Part shown: positions 44,559 through 59,147 of the stretch, piece after piece
Layout of the letters: each line of letters opens with the position of its first letter
Position numbering within the stretch: the first letter of the stretch is position 1
From: the human T2T-CHM13v2.0 reference genome, Homo sapiens
Length of the DNA stretch: 64,000 nt
Assembly (NCBI RefSeq): GCF_009914755.1
Contig: NC_060935.1
Reading direction: 5' to 3' (one strand)
Notes under the pieces: generated by a model
What the model was told of the DNA's origin: nothing
The model's input: the letters and a program-made list of their open reading frames with translations, nothing else
The model's database searches: none
Program-made: the position numbers and the translations under genes

Positions 44559-45195
44559 CAGTATGATGAAGAGACAACTGCACTCCCATGTTTATTGCGG
44601 CATTATTCACAATAGCCAAGATATGGAATCAACATAAGTGTCCATCAACAAATCAATGAATAAAGAAAAATTGGTGTATATACACAATAGAATACTATCT
44701 AGCCATAAAAAAGAATGAAATGCCATCATTTGAGGCAATGTAGATGAGCTTGGTTGACATTTTGTTAAGTGATAATAAGCCAGGCATGGAAAGATAAATA
44801 TCACATGCTCTCACTCATATGTGGGAGCTGAAAAAGTTGATCTCATAATAGTGGAGTGTGGAATAGTGGTTACTGGAGACTGGGAGTCAGGGGATGGTGA
44901 GAGGTTAGTTAACGGATGCAAGATTGCAACTAGATAGAAGGAATAAGTTCCAATGTCACTGGAGCATGACTGTAATTAACAACAATCTACAGTATGTTTT
45001 CAAATATAGCTAGAAGAGCAGATTTTGAATGTTCTCAACACAAAGAAACAATAAATGAGGTGATATGCATGCAAATTACCCTTTGATTATTTTACATTGT
45101 GTACATGTATCAAAATATCACACTATACCCTGTAAATATGTACAAAACTATGTGTCAACTAAAAATAATAATAAAAGATAAAAGAATAGAAAAAT
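44559..45195 (+). mobile_element. L1MA-type 3' fragment
   Basis: ctgcactcccatgtttattgcggcattattcacaatagccaagatatggaatcaac through an A-rich tail. Confidence 0.88.
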
Positions 45196-47816
45196 GGGGA
45201 ACAAAAAGACCCATGGTGAGCGTGAAACTAAAAAAATAGAATAGAAAATGTCTCATTAATGTTTTCGTTATATTGATTACCTGCTGAAATGGTAATCATT
45301 TGTGAAAAAGAAAAATAGGTGATTCCACTACAGTGCAACTAAGGCTAGGAAAGTCAAGTACAGGACACAGGGAGCACAGTGTAGGGCTTATCCTTGCCTT
45401 GGGAAATTGCAGGTATCAGGAGCAACACTGAACTCACTTTTCTGGATTCTCAGTAGATGCTAAAATTACCTCCTTTCTTGTCTTCCTCTTGCTGGACCCC
45501 ATCAGGACCAGGATAGCAGTTTTTGTTGTTACGTTCTCTGTGTCTGAGGATGGACTCATTAACTGATCATGTTAGGAAGGCAGCCAGTGTATGCCCTTTG
45601 GCTACATGGAGTAGCTGTTCCAAGAGCTGAATCCGTGCCACCGTTGCATCTGGTCTGCAGATCTGTTTTCCAAAGAGCCATATGCGAATGCATTGTTCAT
45701 TTCCCACCTCTGGTCAGAACATCTGTGGAATGTCCCTCCTGCCCATGTAGTTTTTCAGCTCTGTTACCCTGAAGCTCTTTCAAAGGTTAGCCTTTCATTC
45801 TCCAAGCAAACAAGTTCTTGTAGCCCATAGAAGATGTCCTCCATAGAAACCAAAGCAGTCCACCCAGCTTGCCTAGAATGAAAGGTGCCTAAAGTGGTAG
45901 GGGGTGGACCTGCAAAGAAAGGTGGAGTCCTTTCATAAATGAACTTAAATACCAGGCTGGAGAGATGCAGAGATTACAAGTAGACCTAAAGTAATTAGGA
46001 AGCCATTGAGGGTTTCTGAGCAAGGAAGCGACCAGAGACCAACGTATTTGTTCATTCAACAAATAATTGTCAACATCTACTGTGTGCAAAGCTCTGAGTG
46101 AGACCCTGTGCTACAGACCCCAGCACAGAGATGAATAAGACCCAGGGTGGGAGACATGTCATCCTCCTGGGTTATAATGCCTTCTACCTCCATGCAACAG
46201 CTTAAATTTTTTGTCTCAGAGAAGGAAAGAAATGTCAGAGCATAAGAAATTAGTGACAGAAATTATAAACTATAAATCACAGTTCTAATTGTTCTATAAT
46301 CATGTAAACATAGCAATTTTTCTTTAACATAGAAATATACAAATCAAAGATAAAACAGGAGCCCCATCTCATGGAGAGATAGTCTGCTGCCTCTTCAGAT
46401 TCTACCTCAACATTATAACATGTCCTTTTGACACTGTGGAGCCAATAAGGTTTCCATCCCTAGAAGACCTTTCTCTCCCAATCTGTATCCATCAGAATTC
46501 CACTCAACCTTCCATACCCTCCTTGCCAGAATACCTTTCCAACTCCTTCCAAATGCATGTCATTTCTGCCTCCTTGGATCTTCCAGACCATATTGTAACC
46601 CCATTTGGCCCAGTTCCTGCCTTGTATTATGGGTGTCTGCTCCTAAAAACAAAAGTAGGAGTCAGTCTGAGCTGGGGTGTAGTCTGGAATCACCCCTCCA
46701 TCTCCCTAGTCATGCTTTTCATATGTCTCATAGTACATTGAGAAGTGTCTGTTGAATTGAGTTGAATGCTTTAGACCTCGGTTCACTGACAGAGGGACTC
46801 CTTTAGCAAAGTTAGCCATTTTACCTCCTTTGTCTCCATAGCTACTTCCAGTTCTCCAAACTACAACCTATTTCCCAACAGACTCCAGTTACAGTACTTC
46901 TTAATTTATCTTCTATTCAAAGGCAAAACTACTGCTTCATTAATCAATGAGTAAGGAAAATCAAAAGCTTATTAACTAGCAAGCCAATGCTCTTCTAAAG
47001 GGCATTGATCCATGTATGTTATGGGCAGCCTGTTCATTGATAGCTACAGCTCTTGGAGAGCAGCTCTCTGGAGTAGCATTGGGGAAACTGAAATCTTATT
47101 TTGAAATAGCTTTTAAATGCATGGAAACACATCTGATTCTTACTGGGAATTTCTTGATAGGGAATACAGAAGGGAAGACTATTTGCTTGTCAGTAATATG
47201 ATATAGAGACAAATCATTTCATAGGATTTCATAAGTGCATATATGTAACCAAGAAACACAGGTACTTTCATATTATCTTGAGAAAAATGAATTCATTCTT
47301 TAAAATGCAATGACTTCCCTGCATAATGCATTCAAGAATCAATGCAAATATAAAGGATGTGTTTATTGGCTTGTGATCTGTATTCATGACTGCAAGCATG
47401 GTTGGATCTTTTGAGATGGGGGTTTCCTCTGTTTCAGTGGCCAAGGGATATTCTTTCTCAAATGGACATGGTGATCATTTGAAACTTATCCCATGCATAG
47501 TGACCCCAAATTCGAGTAAATATATATCAAGTACATATAATACACAAAGAAGTGAGTCTGAAGTCAACCTCCAAGCACTCCAAATTAGGGCCCTAAGACA
47601 ACTGCAGAATTTGTTGCAGGGCAGATGTATGGCCTGGTTTAGAACTTTATTATTTTGACCTCCATTCGCATGTTAGTTTTACTTCTTCTTCTATCTTCAA
47701 TCTTTTACAACATACATCCTTTACTTATTAGATTCTAATATATTAGCATTTAACATACTTTTACTATTTCTTGGACAATGGAAAAACCTTAGAACACTGT
47801 AATTCCCTTTAGCCCA

Positions 47817-50800
47817 TGTATTAGTCTGCTCTCACATTGCTATAAAGAACTACCTGAGACTTGGTAACTTATAAAGAAAATAGGTTTAATTGGCTCATGG
47901 TTCCACAGGCTGTAAAGGAAACATGGCTGTGGAGACCTCAGGAAGCTTGCAATCATGGCAGAAGGTGAAGGGGAAGCCAGCATGTCCTATAAGGCTGGAG
48001 CAGGAGGAAGAGAGCAGGGAGGGCCACACACTTTTAAACAACCAAATCTCTGAGCACTCACTCACTATCACAAGGACAGCAAGAGGAAAGTCCACCCAAT
48101 GATTCAATCACCTCCCACCAGACCCCTTCTCCAACACTGAGGATTACAATTCAACATGAGATTCATGTGGGGACACAGAGCCAAACCATATCATTCTGCC
48201 CCTGGCCCCTTCGAAATCTCATGTCCTTCTCACATTTCAAAACACAGTCATGCCTTCCCAACAGTCTCCCAAAGTCTTAACTCATTCCAGATTAACTCAA
48301 ATGCCCAAATCCCAAGTCTCATCTGAGACAAGGCAAGTCCATTCTGCCTATGAGTGTGTAAAATAAAAAAACAAGTTAGCTACTTCCAAGATACAATGAG
48401 GGTAAAGGCATTGGGTAAATGCTTCTGTTCCAAAAGGGATAAATTGGCAAAAAATAAAGGGGTTACAGGCGCTATGCAAGTTTGAAACCCAACAGGGCAG
48501 TCATTAAATCTCAAAGCTCCAAAATAATCTCCTTAGACTCCATGTCTCACATCCAGGCCATACTGATGCAAATGATGGGCTCTCAAGGCCTTGGGCAGCT
48601 CCACTTCTGTGGCTATGCAGGGTATAGCCCCTGCAGCTGTTTTCACAGACTGGCATCAAGTGCCTGCAGCTTTTCCAGGCACATGGTGCAAGCTGTTGGT
48701 AGATCTACCATTCTGGGGTCTGGAGAATGGTGACCCTCTTCTCACAGCTCCACTAGGCAGTGCCCCAGTAAGGATACTGTGTGGGGGCTCCAACCCCACA
48801 TTTCCCCTCTGCACTGTCATAGTAGAGGTTCTCCATGAGGGCTCCATCCCTGCAGCAGACTTCTGCCATGACATACAGGTGTTTCCATACATCCTCTGGA
48901 ATATATGTCAGCCTCAACTTTTGCCACCTGCACACTCACAGGCTTAACACTGTGTGGAAGCCTTGGTGGCTTCCAGCTTGCACCCTCTGGAGCTGTGACC
49001 TGAGACATATCTTGGCCCCGCTTAGCCATGGCTGGAGCTAGAGAGGCTAGGATGCAGGGCATCATGTCCCAGGGCTGCACAAGGCAGTGGGACCCTGTGC
49101 CTGGCCCACAAAACCATTTTTCCCTCTTGGGACTCTGGGCCTGTGATGGGACAGGCTGCTGTGAAGGTTTCTGAAATGCCTTACAGGCATTTTTCCCATT
49201 GTCTTGGCTACTAACATTTGGCTTCTCTTTACTTAGGCAAATTTCTGCAGCAGGCTTGAATTCTTCCCCAGAAAATGGGTTTTTCTTTTCTACCACATGG
49301 CCAGGCTGCAAGTTTTCCAAACTTTTATGCTGTACTTCCCTTTTAAGTATAAGTTTTAGTGTCAGGTCATTTCTTTGTTTATGCAGGTTAGTGTAGGCTT
49401 TTAGAAGCAGCCAGGCCACATCTTGGATGCTTTGCTACTTAGAAATTTCTAAATTTCTAAGATAAAATTTCTAAATTTTAGATACCCTAAATCATCACTC
49501 TTAAGTTCAAAGTTCCACAGATCTCTAGAGCAGGGACACAATGCCGCCAGTCTCTTTGCTAAGGCATAGCAAGAGTGCCCTTTACTCCAGTTCCCAGTAA
49601 GTTCCTCATCTCCATCTGAGACCTTAGCCTGGGCTTCACTGTCCATATCACTTCAGCTTTTGGTCACAACAATTTGACAAGTCTCTGGAAAGTTCCAAAC
49701 TTTCCCTCATCTTCCTATCTTCTTCTAAGCCCTCCAAATTGTTCCAACCTCTGCCCATTACCCAGTTCCAAAGTCACTTACACATTTTCAAGTATCTTTG
49801 TCGCAATGCCCCACTCCAGGTACCAATTTTCTGTATTAGTCCATTCTCACATTGCTATAAAGAACTGTCTGAGACTGGGTAATTTACAAAGAAAAGAGGT
49901 TTCATTGGCTCACAGTTCCACAGGCTATACAGGAAGCATGGCTGGGAAGGCCTCAGGAAATATACAATCATGGCGGCAGGTGAAGGGGAAACTGACATGT
50001 CCTACATGGCTGGAGCAGGAGGAAGGCAGGGGAGGTGCCACACACATCTATTTTTTTATTTATTTTTATTTTATTATTATTATACTTTAAGTTTTAGGGT
50101 ACATGTGCACAATGTGCAGTTTAGTTACATATGTATACATGTGCCATGCTGGTGCGCTGCACCCACTAACTCGTCCTCTAGCATTAGGTATATCTCCTAA
50201 AGCTATCCCTCCCCACTCCCCCTACCCCACAACAGTCCCCAGAGTGTGATGTTCCCCTTCCTGTGTCCATGTGTTCTCATTGTTCAATTCCCACCTATGA
50301 GTGAGAATATGTGGTGTTTGGTTTTTTGTTCTTGCGATAGTTTACTGAGAATAATGATTTCCAATTTCATCCATGTCCCTCAAAGGACATGAACTCATCA
50401 TTTTTTATGGCTGCATAGTATTCCATGGTGTATATGTGCCACATTTTCTTAATCCAGTCTATCATTGTTGGACATTTGGGTTGGTTCCAAGTCTTTGCTA
50501 TTGTGAATAGTGCCGCAATAAACATACATGTGCATGTGTCTTTATAGCAGCATGATTTATAGTCCTTTGGGTATATACCCAGTAATGGGATGGCTAGGCC
50601 AAATGGTATTTCTAGATCCCTGAGGAATCACCACACTGACTTCCACAATGGTTGAACTAGTTTACAGTCCCACCAACAGTGTAAAAGTGTTCCTATTTCT
50701 CCACATCCTCTCCAGCACCTGTTGTTTCCTGACTTTTTAATGATTGCCATTCTAACTGGTGTGAGATAGTATCTCATTGTGGTTTTGATTTGCATTTCTC

Positions 50801-51586
50801 TGATGGCCGTGATGGTGAGCATTTTTTTCATGTGTTTTTTGGCTGCATAAATGTCTTCTTTTGAGAAGTGTCTGTTCATGTCCTTCGCCCACTTGTTGAT
50901 GGGGTTGTTTGTTTTTTTCTTGTAACTTTGTTTGAGTTCATTGTAGATTCTGGATATTAGCCCTTTGTCAGATGAGTAGGTTGCAAAAATTTTCTCCCAT
51001 TCTGTAGGTGGCCTGTTCACTCTGATGGTAGTTTCTTTTGCTCTGCAGAAGCTCTTGAGTTTAATTAGATCCCATTTGTCAATTTTGGCTTTTGTTGCCA
51101 TTGCTTTTGGTGTTTTAGACATGAAGTCCTTGCCCATGCCTATCTCCTGAATGGTATTGCCTAGGTTTTCTTCTAGGGTTTTTATGGTTTTAGGTCTAAC
51201 ATGTAAGTCTTTAATCCATCTTGAAGTAATTTTTGTCTAAGGTGTAAGGAAGGGATCCAGTTTCAGCTTTCTACATATGGCTAGCCAGTTTTCCCAGCAC
51301 CATTTATTAAATAGGGAATCCTTTCCCCATTGCTTGTTTTTGTCAGGTTTGTCAAAGATCAGATAGTTGTAGATATGCGGCATTATTTCTGAGGGCTCTG
51401 TTCTGTTCCACTGATGCCACACACTTTTAAACAACCAAATCTCTGAGCACTCACTCACTATTACAAGAACAGCAAGGGGAAGTCTGCCCCCATGATTCAA
51501 TCACCTCTGACCAGACCCCTTCTCCAACATTGAAGATTACAATTCAACATGAGATTTGGTCGAGGACGGAGAGCCAAACTATATCA
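47817..51586 (-). mobile_element. THE1D/MSTA-like MaLR element: LTR 47817-48193, internal 48194-49831, LTR 49832-51586 split by an L1PA
   Basis: Two LTRs tgtattagtc...gagccaaaccatatca around MaLR internal sequence. Degenerate 5-bp TSD gccca/atcca. Confidence 0.9.
50046..51414 (-). mobile_element. 5'-truncated L1PA (about 1.37 kb, ORF2 C-terminus and 3'UTR)
   Basis: ORF 50628..51137 is L1 ORF2 ([31 protein letters not shown]). TSD tgccacacac at 50036 and 51415, with a TT/AAAA endonuclease site. Confidence 0.95.
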
Positions 51587-51589
51587 ATC

Positions 51590-53350
51590 CACTACCATCT
51601 TAAGTATTATTGTTACCAAATAATTAAATTTCATATATATTTTAACCCTACAACACATTATTAGTATTGCTTTGCCCAGTCAAAATTCATTTGGCTTTAC
51701 CCATATATTTATTCTTTCTGTTGTTCTTCCTTTTTTTATGTCCATTTTCCTTCTGGGATGATTTCCTTCTACCTGAAAAACTCCTTCAGCATTTTTTAGA
51801 ATTTGCAGGCAAAGAATTCTCAGTTCTTATTTATCTGAAAATGTCTTTATTTTGTCTTTATTTTTGAAGAGTATTTTTAAATAAGTTGCCACTTATTTTC
51901 ATTCAGTATTTTTAAGGCATCACTTGTCTGTCTGTGGCTTTCATGATTTCTGTTGAGAAGTCATCTGTCAGTCTTATGGTTGCTTGTTAGAAAATAACAT
52001 GTCTTTTTACATAGCTGCTTTTAAGATTTTGTCTTTATCTCTGATTGTCAGTAGTTTTACTACATAGGTAGGCATGACTTTATTTATATTTATTGTTTTT
52101 GAGATTTCTAGCACTTCATGCATCCATGTCTTGGTATCTTTTGTCAGTTTTGGAAAATTCTGGCCCTTATTTCTTCAAACATTGGTTCTATCCCAATATT
52201 CTTTCTCCTTTCCTTCTGGAACTTTAATTATATATATGTTCAACTTTATCATCATTTTCCATATGCTTCTTATGCTTTTTTTGTATATTATTTATCATTT
52301 TCCCTCCATACTTTAGCGTGGATATTTCCTAGTCCTCTCCTCTGCTAGTCTGAAATGCTATTAAACTTGTTCTTAATTCTAGTTATATTTATTAATATTA
52401 GTTCTAGAATTTTCATTTGATTCTTTTTTTTAGAAATTCCAGTTTGTTGCTAAAATTCTCCATCTAGATTTCTATTTCCTTGAACATATTAATTATAGTT
52501 TTTAAGTCCAAGTCTGGTAACTATAATATCTAGATCATTTGTAGGTCTATTTCTATTATTTGTTTTTCCCTTGCTTCAGTTTCTTGGTATGTCTCATCAT
52601 TTTCTATTGAATGCCAGACATGTGTATGATAAATTATAGGGGCTCTGGATGACATTATCTTCCTTCACAAAGATTTGCTTCTTCTAGCAGGCAGTTGGAG
52701 TATGGAAAATCACCTAATCAGGCCTTGGGTTGGGTTGTTTTTAAGCTGGATTCTGTCTTTGTGAGGGCTCTTTTACTTATGGTTCACTCTTATTCCATGG
52801 GTGTAGCTCTTCAGGGTTCCTCACTTAAAGCCTGTAGTGCTTACCAGTGTGTCTCTTCCTTATGGTTTCCAATTTCCAATTTTAATCTTCCCCAAATCTG
52901 AGGCTGCTAAAAGCTCTGTTTAATCTCTTAGCCACTAATTTCTACCCAGAGTTGCAAACTTCCTTCACCATGACTCTTACAAATTAGCAACTGCCTCAGA
53001 AGAAACAGCAGTGCCAAACATCAGGCTCACTTCTCTGTCCCTTTCTCTTCAGGGACTTGATCTTAGCTCAAGTCATTTTCTCTCCCCAGTCTTATGAGAC
53101 TGATGAAAGCTGTACTCAGCTTCTCAGCCTCTTAGCCTTGTGTGGCTGATGAAAAAGCCAGAGCCTGAAGGGAAAAAAGCAGTTTGGAATATCTGACTCA
53201 CCTCCATGCATTTCCCTTCTCTCCAGGATCTTGGCCTTCAAGTCCTGGCTGCATTGAGACCTTTCCAATACTTTAAACCAAGTTACTTTGTTTTGTTTTA
53301 TTCATTTTTTGTAGTTGTTCTTGGGAGATTGTTGGCCTCATATAAGCTCG
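51590..53350 (-). mobile_element. Old L1M 5'-region fragment
   Basis: tttatctgaaaatgtctttattt and tttctgttgagaagtcatctgtcagtctta motifs. Confidence 0.6.
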
Positions 53351-53839
53351 CTTATCAGTGTTGCAGGTGAAACTAGTATCTCTTCTTTAAGTACTTGGGT
53401 TCTGTCTCTCCTACATGCAAGTCTTTCTCTTGCATCTTTCTGATTTGTGTCTCTAACCCAATCTCACTTGCTGGTATCAGTTCTAATATGCTAGGTGTGG
53501 AGAACTGTACGTCTGTCTGCAATTGTTCAAATCTTTCCTCTTAAGTAATATCTCTTACTTTGTTTCTATTCTTAATTTATATTGGGAAATATAATATTAC
53601 ATCAAGTGTGACTTCCTTCAATGTGAGTGCCTTGGTAAAACTCTGCAACTCTTAGGACTGAAGAAAAAAACCTCTATGGATTTAACATAATTAATTACTT
53701 ATAGTAATTAGTAAGACTCTAATTGATTATTACCTCTAAGATGTCATGAATTGATGCCACTTTTTTCTGTTTTTTGAGTTATTAGATGTGAAACAGTCAT
53801 TATTAAAAATTTTTTTGATGCCTTTGGAAAGAAATTACG

Positions 53840-54772
53840 GGAAAGGTGCTCAACATCATGATCATCAGAGAAATGCAAATCAAAACTGCAATGAGCTATT
53901 ATCTCACCCCAGTTAAAATGGCTTATATCTAAAAGACAGGCAATAAAAAATACTGTTGAGGATGTGGAGAAAAGGGAACCCTCATACACTGTTGGTGGGA
54001 ATGCAAATTAGTACAAGAACTATGGAGAATAATAGTTTGGAGGTTCCTTAAAAAACTGAAAATAGGGTTACTATATGATTCAGCAATCCCACTGCTGGGT
54101 ATAGATCCAAAAGAAAGGAAATCAGTATATCAAAGAGATATCTGCACTCCCATATTTGTTGCAGCACTGTTCACAATAGCCGCAATTTGGAAATGACCAA
54201 AGTGTCCATCAACAGATGAATGGATAAAGAAAATGTGATATATATACACAATGGAGTACTATTCAGCCATAAGAAGAATGAGATCCAGTCATCTGCGACA
54301 ACATGGATGGAACTGGATATCATTATGTTAAGTGAAATAAGTCAGGCACAGAAAGACAAACATCACATGTTCTCACTTATTTATGAGATCTAAAAATCAA
54401 AACAATTGAACTCCTGGACTTAGAGATTAGAAGGATAATTTCCAGAGGCTGGGAAGGGTAGTGGGGGGTGGGAGGTGGGGGGGATGGGGATGGTTAACCG
54501 GTACAAAAACATAGTGAGAACGAATGAGTACAACCTATTTGATAGCATAATAGGTGAATATAGTCAATAATAACTTAATTGTACATTTTTAAATAACTTA
54601 AAGAGTATAATTGGATTGTTTGTAACTCAAAGGATAAATGCTTGAGGGAATGGATACTCCAATCCCCATAATGTGCTTATTACACATTGCATGGATGACC
54701 CAAATCATCTCATGTACCTCATAAATATATACACCCACAAAATTTTTTTAAATTTTTTTTAAAAAGAAAAGA
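53840..54772 (+). mobile_element. L1MA1/2-like 3' fragment
   Basis: aaggtgctcaacatca...gtaactcaaaggataaatgcttgagg, then an A tail. Confidence 0.88.
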
Positions 54773-54867
54773 ACTATAGATACTCCTTGACTTACAGTGA
54801 GGTTACATCCTGATAAACTCAGGATGTTTTATCAGTTACAACTGAAAAAAGTTGGAAATATCACTAA

Positions 54868-56178
<1,311 letters not shown>

Positions 56179-56417
56179 TAACCCAAAGTTGGGCAAAATT
56201 ATCAAACACAAAGCCTATTTTGAAATAACTGTTGAATATCTCATATAGTTTATTGAATACTATATTGAAAGTAAAAAATAGAGTGGTTGTATGTGTACTC
56301 GAAGTACAGTTTCCACTGAATGGGTATTGCTTTTATACCATCATAAAGTCAAAAATTATAAGTTGAACCATCATAAGATGGGGACTATCTGTATATTAAA
56401 ATAATGAAGGTTTTCCA

Positions 56418-56742
<325 letters not shown>

Positions 56743-56949
56743 TTAAAATATAAAATGAAATATGAACACTAACCCATGTATATTACACATATATGTAGAG
56801 AGAGGGGGGAAACACTAACCAATGTATATATAGGAATGTCTAGTTTGGTAGATGCCCTCCATTCCAATTCAAATGAGAGCAGAAGTTGATTACTATAACC
56901 TAAAGAAGAATGTGTTAAAGCAGGGAATTTAAAAATTAATACATGGATA

Positions 56950-57320
56950 TGTCAAATAGTTTAACTTAAATCAGATAAGTGTACCTTCAATCAGAAATAT
57001 AAATCATGCCAATAATTTATCACCCCTGATTTCCAGTTTAGGCTTCTTGAAAATGAATCTGTACTTAAAGATACTTGCAGAACCATCTGAGTATAGAACT
57101 CCTGAGTTTTACAACTTTTCCCAATCTTTTACAGATATCTTGCTCTCACCTAATTATACATTATTTTCAGCAACTTGCCTCTGTTGAGTCCTTTCAGAGC
57201 AGTCATAAAAAATGCCTTCCTTTTCTCACTCATATCTCATCAATTTCAAAAGATTTTACCAAATTATGTAAGCACAATGTCAGAATAACTGGTATAAGGA
57301 GGTTTGAGAACAAACACAAC
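56950..57320 (+). repeat. Probable donor of the 371-bp segment at 25182..25552
   Basis: Same sequence with no junction scars here, whereas the other copy interrupts an LTR. Confidence 0.9.
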
Positions 57321-58829
57321 TTACTCTTGGTAAACATGCAAGTTTACTGCAGAAGCAGAAGCGTGCTGCCACAGCGGAGAGTGGGCACCCAGCTGAATCA
57401 TCCGGACGCCCTAGCTCTGTCAGTGTTTATAATACTACAGAGGGAATGGCAAGCATCGGCTGGTCCTGCAAAGAGGTTAAGTGTTGGCTAGTCAAGAGAG
57501 CTTCTGCAATACAGTTATTTTGAGTATAGTTATTTTGCTTAATCTTGGGTTGAATCTACATCTTTTTGAAGTCACCTTCCTTGTCACCACTCATCTTATC
57601 CTCACATTCACTGGCATGATTTCAGAATGATTGGAGATAGCTTCTTCCAATCTAAATATCACAGATTGCCTAAGTTTAATAATAACAGTGCACTTTTTGT
57701 GTGTTAACAAATACCAGACTTCTAAACACTTTACATGAATGTCATTGAATCTTTAGAACCCTAAGAAGTAGGGCTATTATTATCCACATTTTGTACTTGA
57801 GGAAATGGAGGCTCAAAGGAATGAAATGGCTTGCACATAGGCTCATAGAAAGTAATGATAAGTGCAAAATTCAAGTCCAGGTCATGAGCATCTACAACTT
57901 ACATGTGTACCACACACTAAGTGCATCCCTTGTCATAGAACTTGGGGGCTGGTGGTGGGCTCCCGCCTGTCAGGCTGGGGCCAGCTCCCCACCCTGCCAT
58001 TCTCCTTTTATTTCTCCAGTCAGCCTCCCTAAACTCAGCCCACTTTGCCTTCTTTCAGGAAGTGATTACTTCTTATAGCCCCCCAGATTCTCCCCCCATA
58101 CCTGGCAAAGGGCTGGGTTCAGGCATCCTCCATTCCCTCTTTCACTGACTCTGAGGATATTTGTTTGAGCTCCTTGTGATTTCAGAATTTTACTGTCATC
58201 ACTATGGAGACATGGGGTGAGAGAAATACACATGCAGAAAAATGACAAAGGCTTCAGAAACTTACTACATTCTTGGATTCTGGTTCCTGAGCTACCATTC
58301 TTCATGCCCGTGCTGTGGTGGGAACCAAATGCTCCCATGGACTGCTGTCCTCCATATTGATTCCTGAGAGAAAGGCTCTCCAATTCCCTCCCCCGCTTTA
58401 GCAACAGCCCTGGTTACCCCCACACCCATAAAGGCTACTTTGCCCAGCACAGTTGTCCCCTTGTTTATAGTGGAGACTTGTGCTCTAAAGCCCTTCAAAC
58501 TGGGAAGCATTCAATTCTGGCCCCCACATACAGCAGCAGTAATGACCCCTCTGGGCATTACCTGATGGTCACTATTTAGAACTAAGTATCATGACTTCTG
58601 GAAAAACTGTTAAAATGCCAAGTATTTTTGCCTGGCACAAATCAGGTTGAGTGGCCAAGGCAAAAGAGCCACAGCTTCAGCCACCGTTAACCGTTAAAGG
58701 TGAAAAGAAATTCGTTTATCCACATAGCCTATATCCAAGATGGTTTTACTGGCTGTGCTGAAATGGCAGAAACTCACGGGAAGTCCATGGATAAATTTAA
58801 ATTTCCACTATCCAGTGCATCTAACATGT

Positions 58830-59146
58830 ATCCCAGTATCAATCCTCCCACTCCTTTTAATATCAGGATACCAGTTGTCAGCTGGATACATGGCCACCCA
58901 GAATAATACATTTCCCAGCTTCTCTTGAGATAGCCATAGTTATGAAACTAAGTTCTGACCAATAAGGTGTAAGAAAAATAATGTGTGCAATTTCCTGAAA
59001 GAGTACTTAACCAGAGGGAGCATGCCCCTCTTTGTCTTCTGGACTGTCCACCTACAAACTTTTTTACATAAGACAAAAATAAACCCGTTCTAAGCTACAA
59101 TATTTGAGGTTTCTCAGTTATATGCAGTCAAACCTAATCCTAACTG
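58830..59146 (+). mobile_element. MLT1-type LTR cut at its end by the LTR8 insertion
   Basis: acatttcccagcttctcttg...aaataaaccc...ttatatgcagtcaaacctaatcctaactg. Confidence 0.6.
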
Positions 59147-59147
59147 G

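Noticed and set aside
50628-51500. ORFs matching L1 ORF2p
   Set aside because: Frameshifted fragments of a 5'-truncated L1PA, not a functional gene.
56765-56829. Short direct repeat aacactaacc(c/a)atgtatat
   Set aside because: Two copies only, with no array or evidence of function.
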